From the NCBI GenBank assembly GCA_031255715.1, contig JAIRRZ010000007.1, forward strand, positions 272-64,271: 64,000 nt of DNA, in the 5' to 3' direction. A program made the position numbers and the translations under genes. Positions within the stretch are counted from its first letter, which is position 1. Each line of letters opens with the position of its first letter. Of this stretch, positions 18,414 through 27,739 are shown in pieces. The DNA is from Puniceicoccales bacterium. GTDB taxonomy: Bacteria; Verrucomicrobiota; Verrucomicrobiia; Opitutales; LL51. The notes beneath the pieces were generated by a model. That model did not search any database. It saw nothing but the letters and a program-made list of their open reading frames with translations, and had not been told where the DNA came from.

Positions 18414-18683
18414 ATGGATCAGAATTTTATTATCAATATTACGGAAAAGGCGATGGTGTTAGTACTAATGCTGTCAATGCCACCAATTTTAATTGCGACA
18501 TGCGTCGGATTAATAACTAGCCTGTTACAAGCATTGACGCAAATTCAGGAGCAAACGCTAAGTTTTGCCATCAAATTGTTTTTTACGGTGATCGTTTTAA
18601 CCCTTGCGGCGCACTGGATTGGCAGCGAAGTTGTTGCTTTTGCCAATGGTTTGTTTACAACATTTCCATCGATTATCCAATGA
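18414..18683 (+). CDS. sctS: Type III secretion export apparatus protein SctS (FliQ/YscS family)
   Basis: 89 aa, two TM hairpins, conserved LLQALTQIQEQTLSF segment. Confidence 0.85.
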   Translation: MDQNFIINITEKAMVLVLMLSMPPILIATCVGLITSLLQALTQIQEQTLSFAIKLFFTVIVLTLAAHWIGSEVVAFANGLFTTFPSIIQ

Positions 18684-19465
18684 TTGGCATGCCAGAAATT
18701 ACGTCGGTATTGCTCAGGATGTTACTGTGTATCGTACGCCTTGCTGCTGCTTTATCGTTGATGCCGGTGTTTGCTAAACAGTATATCATGGGTATGGGGC
18801 GTAACGTGGTAATTTTTGCAATGGCATTACCTCTGTTTCATGTGGTTTATCCGACATTTCCCATGGAAAATCTTTCGGCGTTTACCATTATTTTAATCAT
18901 TTGTAAAGAGGTAATTATTGGTGTACTCTTAGGTTATTTATCTGGCTTTATTTTCTATGCCACGGATAGTGTGGGTTTTATCATCGATATTCAGCGAGGG
19001 TCATCCCAAGCTATGACTTTTGATCCCATTGCTGGTTCGCAGACTTCATTGTTAGGCAGTTTTCTTACGCAAATGATTACGACGCTATTTTTTACAATGG
19101 GTGGATTTTTGTTTTTCATTGGCGTGATTTATAAAACCTATGTCATTTGGCCAGTATTCACATTTTTTCCCACATTTAACGTTAATTTTGCAACATTTAT
19201 GATGTCTTTTGTGGACGAAATTATGGAAGTGATTTTTTGTTTTTCGGCACCGATATTAATCGTACTATTTCTGGCAGAATTTGGTTTAGGAATGATTAGT
19301 CGTTTTGCACCGCAGCTGAATGTATTTTTCATGGCCATGCCTGTAAAAAGTTGGTTGTCAATGTTTTTTCTTTTGTTCTATTTTTCTCTCCTTGGAAAAT
19401 TATTTAATTACTACTTTTTTACGCAAAGCAAATTATCATTATTTATTAATAAATTTTTTCGCTAG
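18680..19465 (+). CDS. sctT: Type III secretion export apparatus protein SctT (FliR/YscT family)
   Basis: 261 aa polytopic membrane protein in the position between S and U; ATGA overlap with sctS. Confidence 0.8.
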   Translation: MIGMPEITSVLLRMLLCIVRLAAALSLMPVFAKQYIMGMGRNVVIFAMALPLFHVVYPTFPMENLSAFTIILIICKEVIIGVLLGYLSGFIFYATDSVGFIIDIQRGSSQAMTFDPIAGSQTSLLGSFLTQMITTLFFTMGGFLFFIGVIYKTYVIWPVFTFFPTFNVNFATFMMSFVDEIMEVIFCFSAPILIVLFLAEFGLGMISRFAPQLNVFFMAMPVKSWLSMFFLLFYFSLLGKLFNYYFFTQSKLSLFINKFFR

Positions 19466-19538
19466 AATGAAAATATATTTTGAAAAAAGCGATCAATTGG
19501 AAAAATTTTAGACAGTAAAAAAACATAGGAGGGTATAA

Positions 19539-20618
19539 ATGAGTGAAAAAACCGAAGAACCTACGCCGAAACGCATTCGCGATGCCAGGAATAAGGGCAA
19601 TATTGCGAAAAGTCAGGATGTAACATCGACCATGACCCTCATCGGCGTTTTTTGTTATGTGGGGATGGGGTGGGAGAAGCATATCGACAACTTGTCGGAG
19701 TTGATCTTAATCCCCACGCAATTTATTGGCCATTGTGACATCAGTGGTTACGCGGGTCATGTACTTTGGAGTGTACTGATAAAAATGGGGGGTATTATTT
19801 TTCCCCTCGTGTTCATGGTTGCACTCATGGGGGCCATTGCGAATTTTGCACAAGTTGGTCTTCTTTTTACGACTCAGACCATACAGCCGAATCTCAACAA
19901 AATTAATCCATTATCTAAGGCGCAGCAGATGTTTTCAATGAAAAATTTGATAGAACTGCTTAAGTCAGTCGTAAAAATCTTATTTCTCGGCTTTCTGCTT
20001 CTGGGATTAGTAAAGAGCATTTTTGGAGAATTGCTATCGCTTCCGTTTTGTGGTTTAAAGGGTGTGTTTGATATCCTGGGGCCGATTATGAAAGATTTTG
20101 CTAAAATGGTTATTTTTGCGTACATTGTGATGGCAACGGTCGATTATTCCTATCAGAAATATAATTGGAAGAAGCAGCTTATGATGAGTAAGGATGAAAT
20201 AAAACGGGAGTATAAAGAATCGGAGGGCGATGGACAAATTAAAAGTAAGCGAAAACAAATTCATAAGGAGATGATGGAAGAGGATCCTGCGCAGCGAACA
20301 AAGCAGGCATCGGCTCTTGTAACAAATCCGGAACACATAGCGATTGCGTTATTGTATGATTTTGATCGGCCGGTATTTCCGCTGCCAATTGTTTTAGCGA
20401 AAGGAGTGGGCATTCTTGCGGAAAAAATGATAGAAATTGCGAAAGCAGAGGGCATACCGATTATGCGCAATGTTCCTTTAGCACATGCGCTTATGGATAC
20501 GAGCGGAGTAATGGAATATATTCCTAAGGAATTAATTGCTCCTGTTGCCGAAGTATTGCGTTGGGTTAAGGAGTTGAAAGATGAACAAGCTCATGAGAAT
20601 ATGCCCAGTATCTATTAG
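19539..20618 (+). CDS. sctU: Type III secretion switch protein SctU (YscU/FlhB family)
   Basis: N-terminus EKTEEPTPKRIRDARNKGNIAKSQDV closely parallels YscU as I remember it. It has four TM segments. The autocleavage site reads NPEH (20325-20336) instead of NPTH. Confidence 0.88.
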   Translation: MSEKTEEPTPKRIRDARNKGNIAKSQDVTSTMTLIGVFCYVGMGWEKHIDNLSELILIPTQFIGHCDISGYAGHVLWSVLIKMGGIIFPLVFMVALMGAIANFAQVGLLFTTQTIQPNLNKINPLSKAQQMFSMKNLIELLKSVVKILFLGFLLLGLVKSIFGELLSLPFCGLKGVFDILGPIMKDFAKMVIFAYIVMATVDYSYQKYNWKKQLMMSKDEIKREYKESEGDGQIKSKRKQIHKEMMEEDPAQRTKQASALVTNPEHIAIALLYDFDRPVFPLPIVLAKGVGILAEKMIEIAKAEGIPIMRNVPLAHALMDTSGVMEYIPKELIAPVAEVLRWVKELKDEQAHENMPSIY

Positions 20619-20723
20619 TTAATTGATTTAGTTTGTATTTTTTTAGTTTAACGAACATTCAAAAAAAATCGAAAAACAGAAAAAAATGATTGACTTTTGT
20701 AACCGTTGTAGTTGTATCGAACA

Positions 20724-21443
20724 ATGTCATTTCCCCATGAAATTATACCATTTATAGGGACCTGTGAAGGCTGTGGGTATGTTTTTTTTGTAAATTGTTT
20801 TTTACAGACTTTTATGGCTATGTGCCCATTTGCTGTGATTGCTTTTTATTTGAGTATGACGGTGAGCTGTACGCGTAGGGAGCGTTTGATGACAGCAAAA
20901 ATGGCATGTTGGGTTGCGTGGAGCATCATGGTATTGACTGCTTTGGGCGGTCCTAAGATACTGACGGCCGTTGGCATTGCCATAGAAGCGTTTAATATTG
21001 GCGGAGGATTAATGCTCATTGTTGTTGGTTTCAATATGTTACGTGCTGAAGACCCAGAGATTCCCCCTAAAGATGAGACTGATGAGACCAGTCGTTTACC
21101 GAAAAAAATGTATCAAGACATAGCTATTACGCCGCTAGCTGTCCCGCTCATTGCTGGGCCGAGTATGTTGACCGTTGTGCTTGCTAATCGCTCGGAAAGC
21201 CAAGGTCCAATGGGATTGGTTCTATGTTTAATGGCAATCTCGCTAGCTATTTTTCTGATGTATATCATCCTAATACTGTCATCGAAGGGAGTGAAATGGT
21301 TAACGCCGACAGTTTTGAAATTAGGTTGTCGTCTATCGGGGTTATTTTTAGTAGCGTTGGGTGTGCAATTTATTATGAGTGGACTGCGGGAAATGGGATT
21401 AGGGGCCAGTTCATATGTCATTGCTTCCGTGTTGGGATTTTAA
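20724..21443 (+). CDS. MarC-family (UPF0056) integral membrane protein
   Basis: About 240 aa, six predicted TM segments, family-like organisation; start uncertain (TTG 20712 or ATG 20724). Confidence 0.5.
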   Translation: MSFPHEIIPFIGTCEGCGYVFFVNCFLQTFMAMCPFAVIAFYLSMTVSCTRRERLMTAKMACWVAWSIMVLTALGGPKILTAVGIAIEAFNIGGGLMLIVVGFNMLRAEDPEIPPKDETDETSRLPKKMYQDIAITPLAVPLIAGPSMLTVVLANRSESQGPMGLVLCLMAISLAIFLMYIILILSSKGVKWLTPTVLKLGCRLSGLFLVALGVQFIMSGLREMGLGASSYVIASVLGF

Positions 21444-21769
21444 GGAAATAGTCTGCGATAGGGCGTCATTACTTGGGAGCAAGTTTTTGTTTGCTGCATA
21501 TAAAGCTTTAAAAAGTACATATGTGGTTCACCGAATGGAGTAGAGAGAATTCCAATTTCCATACACGAAAACATGGAGTAGAGTTTTTGGCATATACTTT
21601 TAAGAATTTATATTAGTGGCAATTTTTATGGAAGAATATAGCTTCATTTTAGGCGTGGATACTTGGGAAATAGGGGCATGAAAAATTATTTCCTTTTCAA
21701 TATCGTTTGCCGACTGTTCAATGATGAATAATGCGACTAGAAAGGTGTAACGGTTTTTGGCGAATATAG

Positions 21770-22483
21770 TTATAATTCAATCGATATGCAGTATTGGCCT
21801 CGATCGTCTTTTTTTAAATATTTATCTCGTTGAGCTAGGGTTGGAATTGTAAATGGTGTGGAATCAGCCATGCTATCTTCGATCAAATCGATGGGGTCGA
21901 TATCGTCAAAAATGAGCGTCATGCGCCGGTGCCGATCGTCAAACAATTCCGGTATATTTTCTACGGAATATTGTGAAAGAATTTTAATCGGCAGCGGATA
22001 ACATTCTTTTTGTTTGCAATGATTTAGAAAGTTTTTCAGCCGATTGTGACCGATTTCTGGGTTATTATCGATGAGTAAAATGTCTGAAAAATGGGCCATG
22101 GCATCGAGTAGATTTTCATGGAAGCCGTCAAAGTAACAGTGGTCTATGATGGAAATAATTTTTATTATATTAAGCGGAACGTATTCATGAATATGGAAAA
22201 GTTGTTGAAATTGTTCTGCAAGATTAAATTTTGGAGATAGCATAATGACGATGTTTTGTCCTTTGGAATTGGACTCATTTTGAAAAAATTCGATAAAATT
22301 GTCCCAGTTAAAAGGTCTAATTGTTAACTCTTCGGTAAAATCGGTAAGCTGTAAAGACAGATCGTTGGATTGGGGCGTATGCACCAATTTGGGTAAGTCA
22401 AGACATTCAAGAATGGAGTACACAATTGCGAATGTGTTTTTTTGAAAACTTCCCAAAATAATTATAAAATTAAAATTTTCCAT
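21770..22483 (-). CDS. Hypothetical protein, possibly a degenerate G3E/CobW-like fold lacking a P-loop
   Basis: Segments sit at CobW-like spacing: FIIILGSFQKNTF (versus GFLGAGKTT), NIVIMLSP, IISIIDH and SDILLIDNNPEI (versus ADxILLNKTD). There is no GxxGxGK[ST] and no CxCC. Confidence 0.3.
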   Translation of the reverse strand: MENFNFIIILGSFQKNTFAIVYSILECLDLPKLVHTPQSNDLSLQLTDFTEELTIRPFNWDNFIEFFQNESNSKGQNIVIMLSPKFNLAEQFQQLFHIHEYVPLNIIKIISIIDHCYFDGFHENLLDAMAHFSDILLIDNNPEIGHNRLKNFLNHCKQKECYPLPIKILSQYSVENIPELFDDRHRRMTLIFDDIDPIDLIEDSMADSTPFTIPTLAQRDKYLKKDDRGQYCISIEL

Positions 22484-23417
22484 GATTGTGTAGCCAACGC
22501 ACCGCAGTTTCAATAATATATTCCAAATGGGGATATTGCAAGTGCCAATCGAGTTCTCGTTGTGCCAAGTTTGGACTAATGGCCAAGCGCTCGATTTCTC
22601 CGATTCGATGTTTTTGGGGAGTAATAATTATATTTTTGTGCAGGATATTTCCAGCGATTTCGATAATATTTTTAATGGAATTGGTTTGCCCGGAGGAGAT
22701 GTTATAAATGGAATATTTTTCAGAATGACCGAGTTTAGGAAGTGTTGCAATGATCGCGCTAGCAACATCGTTGACGTGGATGAAGTCACGTTCGGGTTCA
22801 TGATCTGCCATTGTATCGTTTCTGACAAAAATATCTACGGAATTGTTCAATAGTATGAGGGAAAGGAGATCATTATTCTGTGGAAATACGGTTCCATTTG
22901 GATCCATGCCGATGACATTAGTGATGCGTAAAATGATGGCATGTAAATCATGGGAAACGGTCAACGATTCGATGAGTTGTTCGATGGCTAATTTTATTTT
23001 CCCGTGCGAATTAATGGGGTTAGGTGGAGTATTTTCGTTGGCTGCGAATTGAGGGACGTTGCCGTAAACCTGGGCGGAGGAGATGAATATTAGTTTTTTT
23101 ACGTTATTTTTCAGGGCTGCCTGAAGAAAAAATACCGTTCCAATCAGGTCATTGCAATAATATCTGAAGGGATCCTTGATCATTTCGGCAATATTAGAAG
23201 TTCCGGAACAATGAATGATACATTCGATACGTTCTTCCTTGAGGATTGATTGGACGAAGGCCGTATTGCCATGGTCGCCGGTGTAAAATTTTTGAAAAAG
23301 CGAAATGTTTAGAGGCCTAAAAAAATCGAGACCAAAGATAGAATAGTCCGACGAAGCTAACTTCAAGGCGCAATGATTACCGATGTATCCTGCGGCGCCT
23401 GTGAGTAAGATATTCAC
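22470..23417 (-). CDS. NAD-dependent epimerase/dehydratase (GalE-like SDR) with HxxxK in place of YxxxK
   Basis: TGAAGYIGNH Rossmann motif, FISSAQVYG and RDFIHVNDVA. The catalytic-position motif reads SHGKIK, with the His codon at 23004-23006. Confidence 0.8.
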   Translation of the reverse strand: MNILLTGAAGYIGNHCALKLASSDYSIFGLDFFRPLNISLFQKFYTGDHGNTAFVQSILKEERIECIIHCSGTSNIAEMIKDPFRYYCNDLIGTVFFLQAALKNNVKKLIFISSAQVYGNVPQFAANENTPPNPINSHGKIKLAIEQLIESLTVSHDLHAIILRITNVIGMDPNGTVFPQNNDLLSLILLNNSVDIFVRNDTMADHEPERDFIHVNDVASAIIATLPKLGHSEKYSIYNISSGQTNSIKNIIEIAGNILHKNIIITPQKHRIGEIERLAISPNLAQRELDWHLQYPHLEYIIETAVRWLHNHGKF

Positions 23418-23758
23418 AGTTAAAAAACTATAAAATATGAAATAAATAGCAAGAGATTTTCTTTTAAGGCGAGGCCAGTTCGATGATAATTGGTATAAAA
23501 GAGTCTTTGGATTAAAATGGTGTTAAGGATCGACCCTTATTTCTATTTCATCGCCTGATTAAGAGGGTAAATTAACAAGGTGAACGAGATGGGATCGCGT
23601 ACTCGAGGCAATAAGATTTGCCGAAGGTTCTGATTAGTACCATAGCGTATTCGATGTGAAATGGAGAAATTTTCCGGTTTTTGTTTCATACATTAAAAAA
23701 TAAAATTGGAAAATTGGTGATTGCAGGGGTAATATGAAAAATAAAGATAGTTTTTGAG

Positions 23759-24697
23759 ATGGTTAGGTTAAATATGCGGAATATTATTAAGTACGTTACG
23801 ATAAGTAGTTGTTTGCTTGATTCAAGTTATCTTCATGGTAAACTACGAGATGTTGATTTGCGGTTGATTAGAGCTGCCAATGATGGTGACGTAGCTGGGG
23901 TAGAGGGGGCACTGGCCGATGGTGCTGATAGGAGTGCTTGGAACATTTTTGGTAATACGGCTATACATTTGGCCGTATTGGTAGGGAATCTAGCAATCGT
24001 TCGATTACTCCTTGACGATCACGTTATTAATATTCAGAACAAAAATGGCGATACGCCTTTACATTTGGCCATATGGAAGAAAAATCTAGCAATCGTTCGA
24101 TTGTTGCTTGATCGCTGTGCTGCGATGAATATTAGGAATAATAACGGTGATACACCTTTACATTTGGCTGCATTGAGAGGGGATTTGGAGAGCGTTCGAT
24201 TGTTGCTTGCTGGTCATGTTGAGGTGAATGTTAGGAATAATAACGGTGATACACCTTTACATTTGGCTGCATTGAGAGGGAATTTGGAGATCATTCAAAT
24301 GTTGCTTGATCGCTGTGCTGCGATGAATATTAGGAATAATAACGGCAATACACCTTTACATTTGGCTACATTGAGAGGGAATTTGGAGGTCATTCAAATG
24401 TTGCTTGCTGGTCATGTTGAGGTGAATGTTGGGAATAATAACGGCGATACACCTTTATGGTTGGCTAAGAAGAGTGGCCGCGAAGACATTATTCAAGCAT
24501 TGCGCGATGCAGGTGCCGTATTGGATGTTCACAATCCAGATGCCCAGGTAGTTCCAAAGCATGCTCTGAGGGCACTAGATGTCACAGAGTACAGTTATCA
24601 AGCAATTTTAGATTTCTTGAACAAATGTAATATGCAGGCGGATGGGGAATTCGAAGAGAACCAAAGGTCGTCGACCGTTGAAGAAGGCGCATTCTAA
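23759..24697 (+). CDS. Ankyrin-repeat protein (6-7 repeats)
   Basis: Repeated 33-aa units GDTPLHLAALRGNLE..(V/I)..LL..(G/C)..(V/M)N..NNN. Confidence 0.9.
   Translation: MVRLNMRNIIKYVTISSCLLDSSYLHGKLRDVDLRLIRAANDGDVAGVEGALADGADRSAWNIFGNTAIHLAVLVGNLAIVRLLLDDHVINIQNKNGDTPLHLAIWKKNLAIVRLLLDRCAAMNIRNNNGDTPLHLAALRGDLESVRLLLAGHVEVNVRNNNGDTPLHLAALRGNLEIIQMLLDRCAAMNIRNNNGNTPLHLATLRGNLEVIQMLLAGHVEVNVGNNNGDTPLWLAKKSGREDIIQALRDAGAVLDVHNPDAQVVPKHALRALDVTEYSYQAILDFLNKCNMQADGEFEENQRSSTVEEGAF
24101..24496 (+). repeat. Tandem 198-bp (two-ankyrin-unit) duplication inside the ankyrin gene
   Basis: Unit 24101-24298 is repeated at 24299-24496 with only scattered substitutions, visible directly in the DNA. Confidence 0.9.
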
Positions 24698-24974
24698 ACA
24701 AAGGAATTGCTCCAGGAATCCGCTGCTGAGCAAGGTATGGCGCAAATGTAAATCGAGTAATGTTTCAATATTAAACATGACTAATTTGAAGTGAAGAAGT
24801 TTTTTTGCTTCGATTTCATTTTCCGTAATCTCGGAATGGAGTCGACTATTCGAAAAATAAAAAAATGAATCAAATCTATAAAATAAAGATTGACCAAGTG
24901 GGGTACGATTTGCAAATTTTTTAGGTCGAGAGCTGTCACGCGGTGTTTCCCGTAGTGGATCTCGACTCTGTCGG

Positions 24975-25050
<76 letters not shown>

Positions 25051-25089
25051 TGGAGAGACATTTATGTTATTTTAGAAAAGGAAGAATTA

Positions 25090-26280
25090 ATGGCAAAAGA
25101 AACCTTCGAGAGAACAAAACCTCACGTCAATGTGGGTACTATTGGTCACGTCGACCATGGTAAGTCAACTTTAACGACAGCACTCGTTAAAGTGCAATCC
25201 GATAAAGGCTTGGCTGAATTTATGTCTTACGCTGATATCACCAAGGGCGGCACCGTTCGAGATGCTACTAAAACGGTTACAATCGCCGTTTCACATGTCG
25301 AGTATCAGAGTGACAAGCGGCACTATGCCCATGTTGACTGCCCGGGACACGCAGATTTTGTCAAGAATATGATTACGGGTGCGGCACAGATGGATGGCGC
25401 CATCCTTGTTGTGAGTGCGGCAGACGGTCCAATGCCGCAGACGCGGGAGCATATTCTTCTTGCGCGTCAAGTTGGTGTTCCCAAAATTGTCGTTTTTTTG
25501 AATAAGGTTGATCTCCTTGATGATGCGGAGTTGCTGGATCTTGTTGAGATGGAAGTACGCGATTTGTTAACGAAATATGAGTTTGACGGCGATAATATTA
25601 CAGTTATTCGCGGTTCGGCTTTAGCGGCATTGGAGGGAAAACCGGAGGGGATAGCAGCAATTGGGCGGCTTTTGGATGCACTCGATAAGGATATTCCTGA
25701 GCCGCAGCGCGACGTCGATAAGCCATTTTTGATGGCGGTTGAGGATGTTTTTTCCATTACAGGCCGTGGAACGGTAGCGACTGGGCGTATCGAACGCGGT
25801 ATAGTTAAGGTTGGCGAAGAAGTTGAAATTGTTGGCCTCGGCGATACGAAAAAAACAACTTGTACGGGAGTCGAAATGTTTCGTAAGCTGCTTGATGAGG
25901 GGCGTGCTGGTGACAATGTTGGATTATTATTGCGCGGTCTTGAAAAGAAGGAAGTGGAGCGCGGTCAAGTTATTGCAAAACCAAAAAGTATCACACCTCA
26001 TTTTAAGGCGAAGGCTGAAATTTACGTTTTGACCAAGGATGAGGGCGGACGCCATACACCATTTTTTAATGGCTATCGACCGCAATTCTTTTTTGGGACA
26101 GCGGATGTGACTGGGGTTGTGACATTGCCGGATGGGACAGAAATGGTTATGCCAGGGGATAATTTGAATGTGGCGCTCGAGTTGCAGAAAAAAATTGCCA
26201 TGGAAAAGGGGCAGCGTTTTGCGATCCGCGAGGGTGGTCGGACAATTGGTGCAGGGCGTATTACCGAGATTGTTGAGTGA
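25090..26280 (+). CDS. tuf: Elongation factor Tu
   Basis: 396 aa from [27 protein letters not shown], with DCPGH and NKVD motifs. Switch I is unusual ([18 protein letters not shown]). Confidence 0.97.
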   Translation: MAKETFERTKPHVNVGTIGHVDHGKSTLTTALVKVQSDKGLAEFMSYADITKGGTVRDATKTVTIAVSHVEYQSDKRHYAHVDCPGHADFVKNMITGAAQMDGAILVVSAADGPMPQTREHILLARQVGVPKIVVFLNKVDLLDDAELLDLVEMEVRDLLTKYEFDGDNITVIRGSALAALEGKPEGIAAIGRLLDALDKDIPEPQRDVDKPFLMAVEDVFSITGRGTVATGRIERGIVKVGEEVEIVGLGDTKKTTCTGVEMFRKLLDEGRAGDNVGLLLRGLEKKEVERGQVIAKPKSITPHFKAKAEIYVLTKDEGGRHTPFFNGYRPQFFFGTADVTGVVTLPDGTEMVMPGDNLNVALELQKKIAMEKGQRFAIREGGRTIGAGRITEIVE

Positions 26281-26337
26281 AATTGGTAAAAAATTATTGA
26301 CTATAGGGTATGAAAATCCTTTTGTTGATTAATTGAT

Positions 26338-26413
26338 AGGAGAATAGCTCAATTGGAAGAGCAACGGTCTCCAAAACCGTAGGTTGGGGGTTCGAGCCCC
26401 TCTTCTCCTGCCA
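26338..26413 (+). tRNA. tRNA-Trp (anticodon CCA), CCA encoded
   Basis: Hand-folded cloverleaf: acceptor AGGAGAA/TTCTCCT, D arm GCTC-AATTGGAA-GAGC, anticodon arm ACGGT-CTCCAAA-ACCGT, T arm GGGGG-TTCGAGC-CCCTC. Confidence 0.9.
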
Positions 26414-26425
26414 GTAAGTATATTT

Positions 26426-26650
26426 ATGAAAATGAAAAATCCCTTGAGACGAGTCGGTATATTTTTTGGTGAGACAGCGAGTGAGCTAAAAAAAGCTTCC
26501 TGGCCAAATCAAAAAGAAATGCGTCATTACGTCAGTGTTGTGCTGGTCGGGATGGCGATTTTGGGGATCTATGTGGCGATTGTAGATTTTGCGCTTTTAC
26601 ATGTTGTGGAATTATGTAGCGATTGGGTGCGAGGGAGTTTAGGGCGATAG
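26426..26650 (+). CDS. secE: Preprotein translocase subunit SecE
   Basis: 74 aa, single C-terminal TM, ETASELKKASWP motif, located before nusG. The start was moved downstream of the tRNA-Trp that the tracked ORF overlaps. Confidence 0.85.
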   Translation: MKMKNPLRRVGIFFGETASELKKASWPNQKEMRHYVSVVLVGMAILGIYVAIVDFALLHVVELCSDWVRGSLGR

Positions 26651-26652
26651 CG

Positions 26653-27219
26653 ATGGTACTTTCAATGCAAGATTCGCGTTGGTACGCTTTGCAGGTTTTT
26701 TCCAACCAGGAGGCTAAGGTGAAGGCGTATCTTGATAAATTTGCTACTCGAGAAGGGGTGGCGATTGACGAGGTTTTGGTGCCTTCGGAAAAGGTGATTG
26801 AAATTAAAAATGGTAAACGCTATCATCGTATCAAAAAGTTTTATCCGGGTTATGTATTCATCCGAATGAAGTTGTACAATGAGGAAGAAAGATTATTGCA
26901 ATCTCAATGGTATTTCGTGCGCAATGTGCAAGGTGTATTGAATTTTGTAGGTGGCGAGCGACCGGTGCCGTTACGAGAGGATGAAGTAAGTCGAATTTTG
27001 GATCAGGCGAAGGCGGCGGCAGCGGCGGCCCCCGTACAGCGGGTACAATTTAAGGTAGGGAGTAAGGTGAAAATTACGGATGGTCCATTTGTGGAATCTT
27101 TAGGAAGTGTATCGGAGATTGATTTGGAGAATGGAAAAATGCAAGTATCCGTATCATTATTTGGTCGGGAGACGCCGGTGGAGTTAGAATTTTGGCAAGC
27201 GGAAATAGTGAGAGAGTAA
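26653..27219 (+). CDS. nusG: Transcription antitermination factor NusG
   Basis: [14 protein letters not shown] start, C-terminal KOW ([11 protein letters not shown]), conserved position. Confidence 0.93.
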   Translation: MVLSMQDSRWYALQVFSNQEAKVKAYLDKFATREGVAIDEVLVPSEKVIEIKNGKRYHRIKKFYPGYVFIRMKLYNEEERLLQSQWYFVRNVQGVLNFVGGERPVPLREDEVSRILDQAKAAAAAAPVQRVQFKVGSKVKITDGPFVESLGSVSEIDLENGKMQVSVSLFGRETPVELEFWQAEIVRE

Positions 27220-27223
27220 AATT

Positions 27224-27649
27224 ATGGCAAAAAAAATAGTAAAGCAAATTAAGCTGCAGTTGCCTGCTGGGGCGGCGAATCCCGCGCCTCCAGTTGGTCC
27301 TGCGCTGGGGTCGGCTGGTGTAAATATTATGGGCTTTTGCAAGGAATTTAATGCGCGGACGAAGGATATGTCCGGAATGATTATTCCTGCCGTAATTTCC
27401 GTTTATGCTGATCGTTCGTTTACCTTTGAGTTGAAATCTCCACCTGCTTCGGTGTTATTGCAGAAGGCGGCAGGAGTTACGAAGGGTTCAGGTGTGCCGA
27501 ACCGCACAAAGGTTGGTAAGGTGACGCGTAGGCAATTGGAGGAAATTGCAGAAACGAAAAAAGCCGATCTCAATGTGGAAAGTTTGGATGCGGCGGTGAA
27601 GATGATTGCGGGAACGGCGCGCAGTATGGGTATTGAAGTTGTGGGGTAA
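27224..27649 (+). CDS. rplK: Ribosomal protein L11
   Basis: [22 protein letters not shown] motif; operon position. Confidence 0.97.
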   Translation: MAKKIVKQIKLQLPAGAANPAPPVGPALGSAGVNIMGFCKEFNARTKDMSGMIIPAVISVYADRSFTFELKSPPASVLLQKAAGVTKGSGVPNRTKVGKVTRRQLEEIAETKKADLNVESLDAAVKMIAGTARSMGIEVVG

Positions 27650-27739
27650 TTGTTTGTTTAGGGAAAATTGTTTTTGCTGGAATATTTTTAATGGCTTGAC
27701 AAAGATAAAATTTGCCCTAGCGGTATTTATAATTTGTTT

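Noticed and set aside
27650-27739. TTGACA and TATAAT hexamers between rplK and rplA as an internal promoter
   Set aside because: The hexamers are 26 nt apart, far from the functional 16-18 nt spacing.
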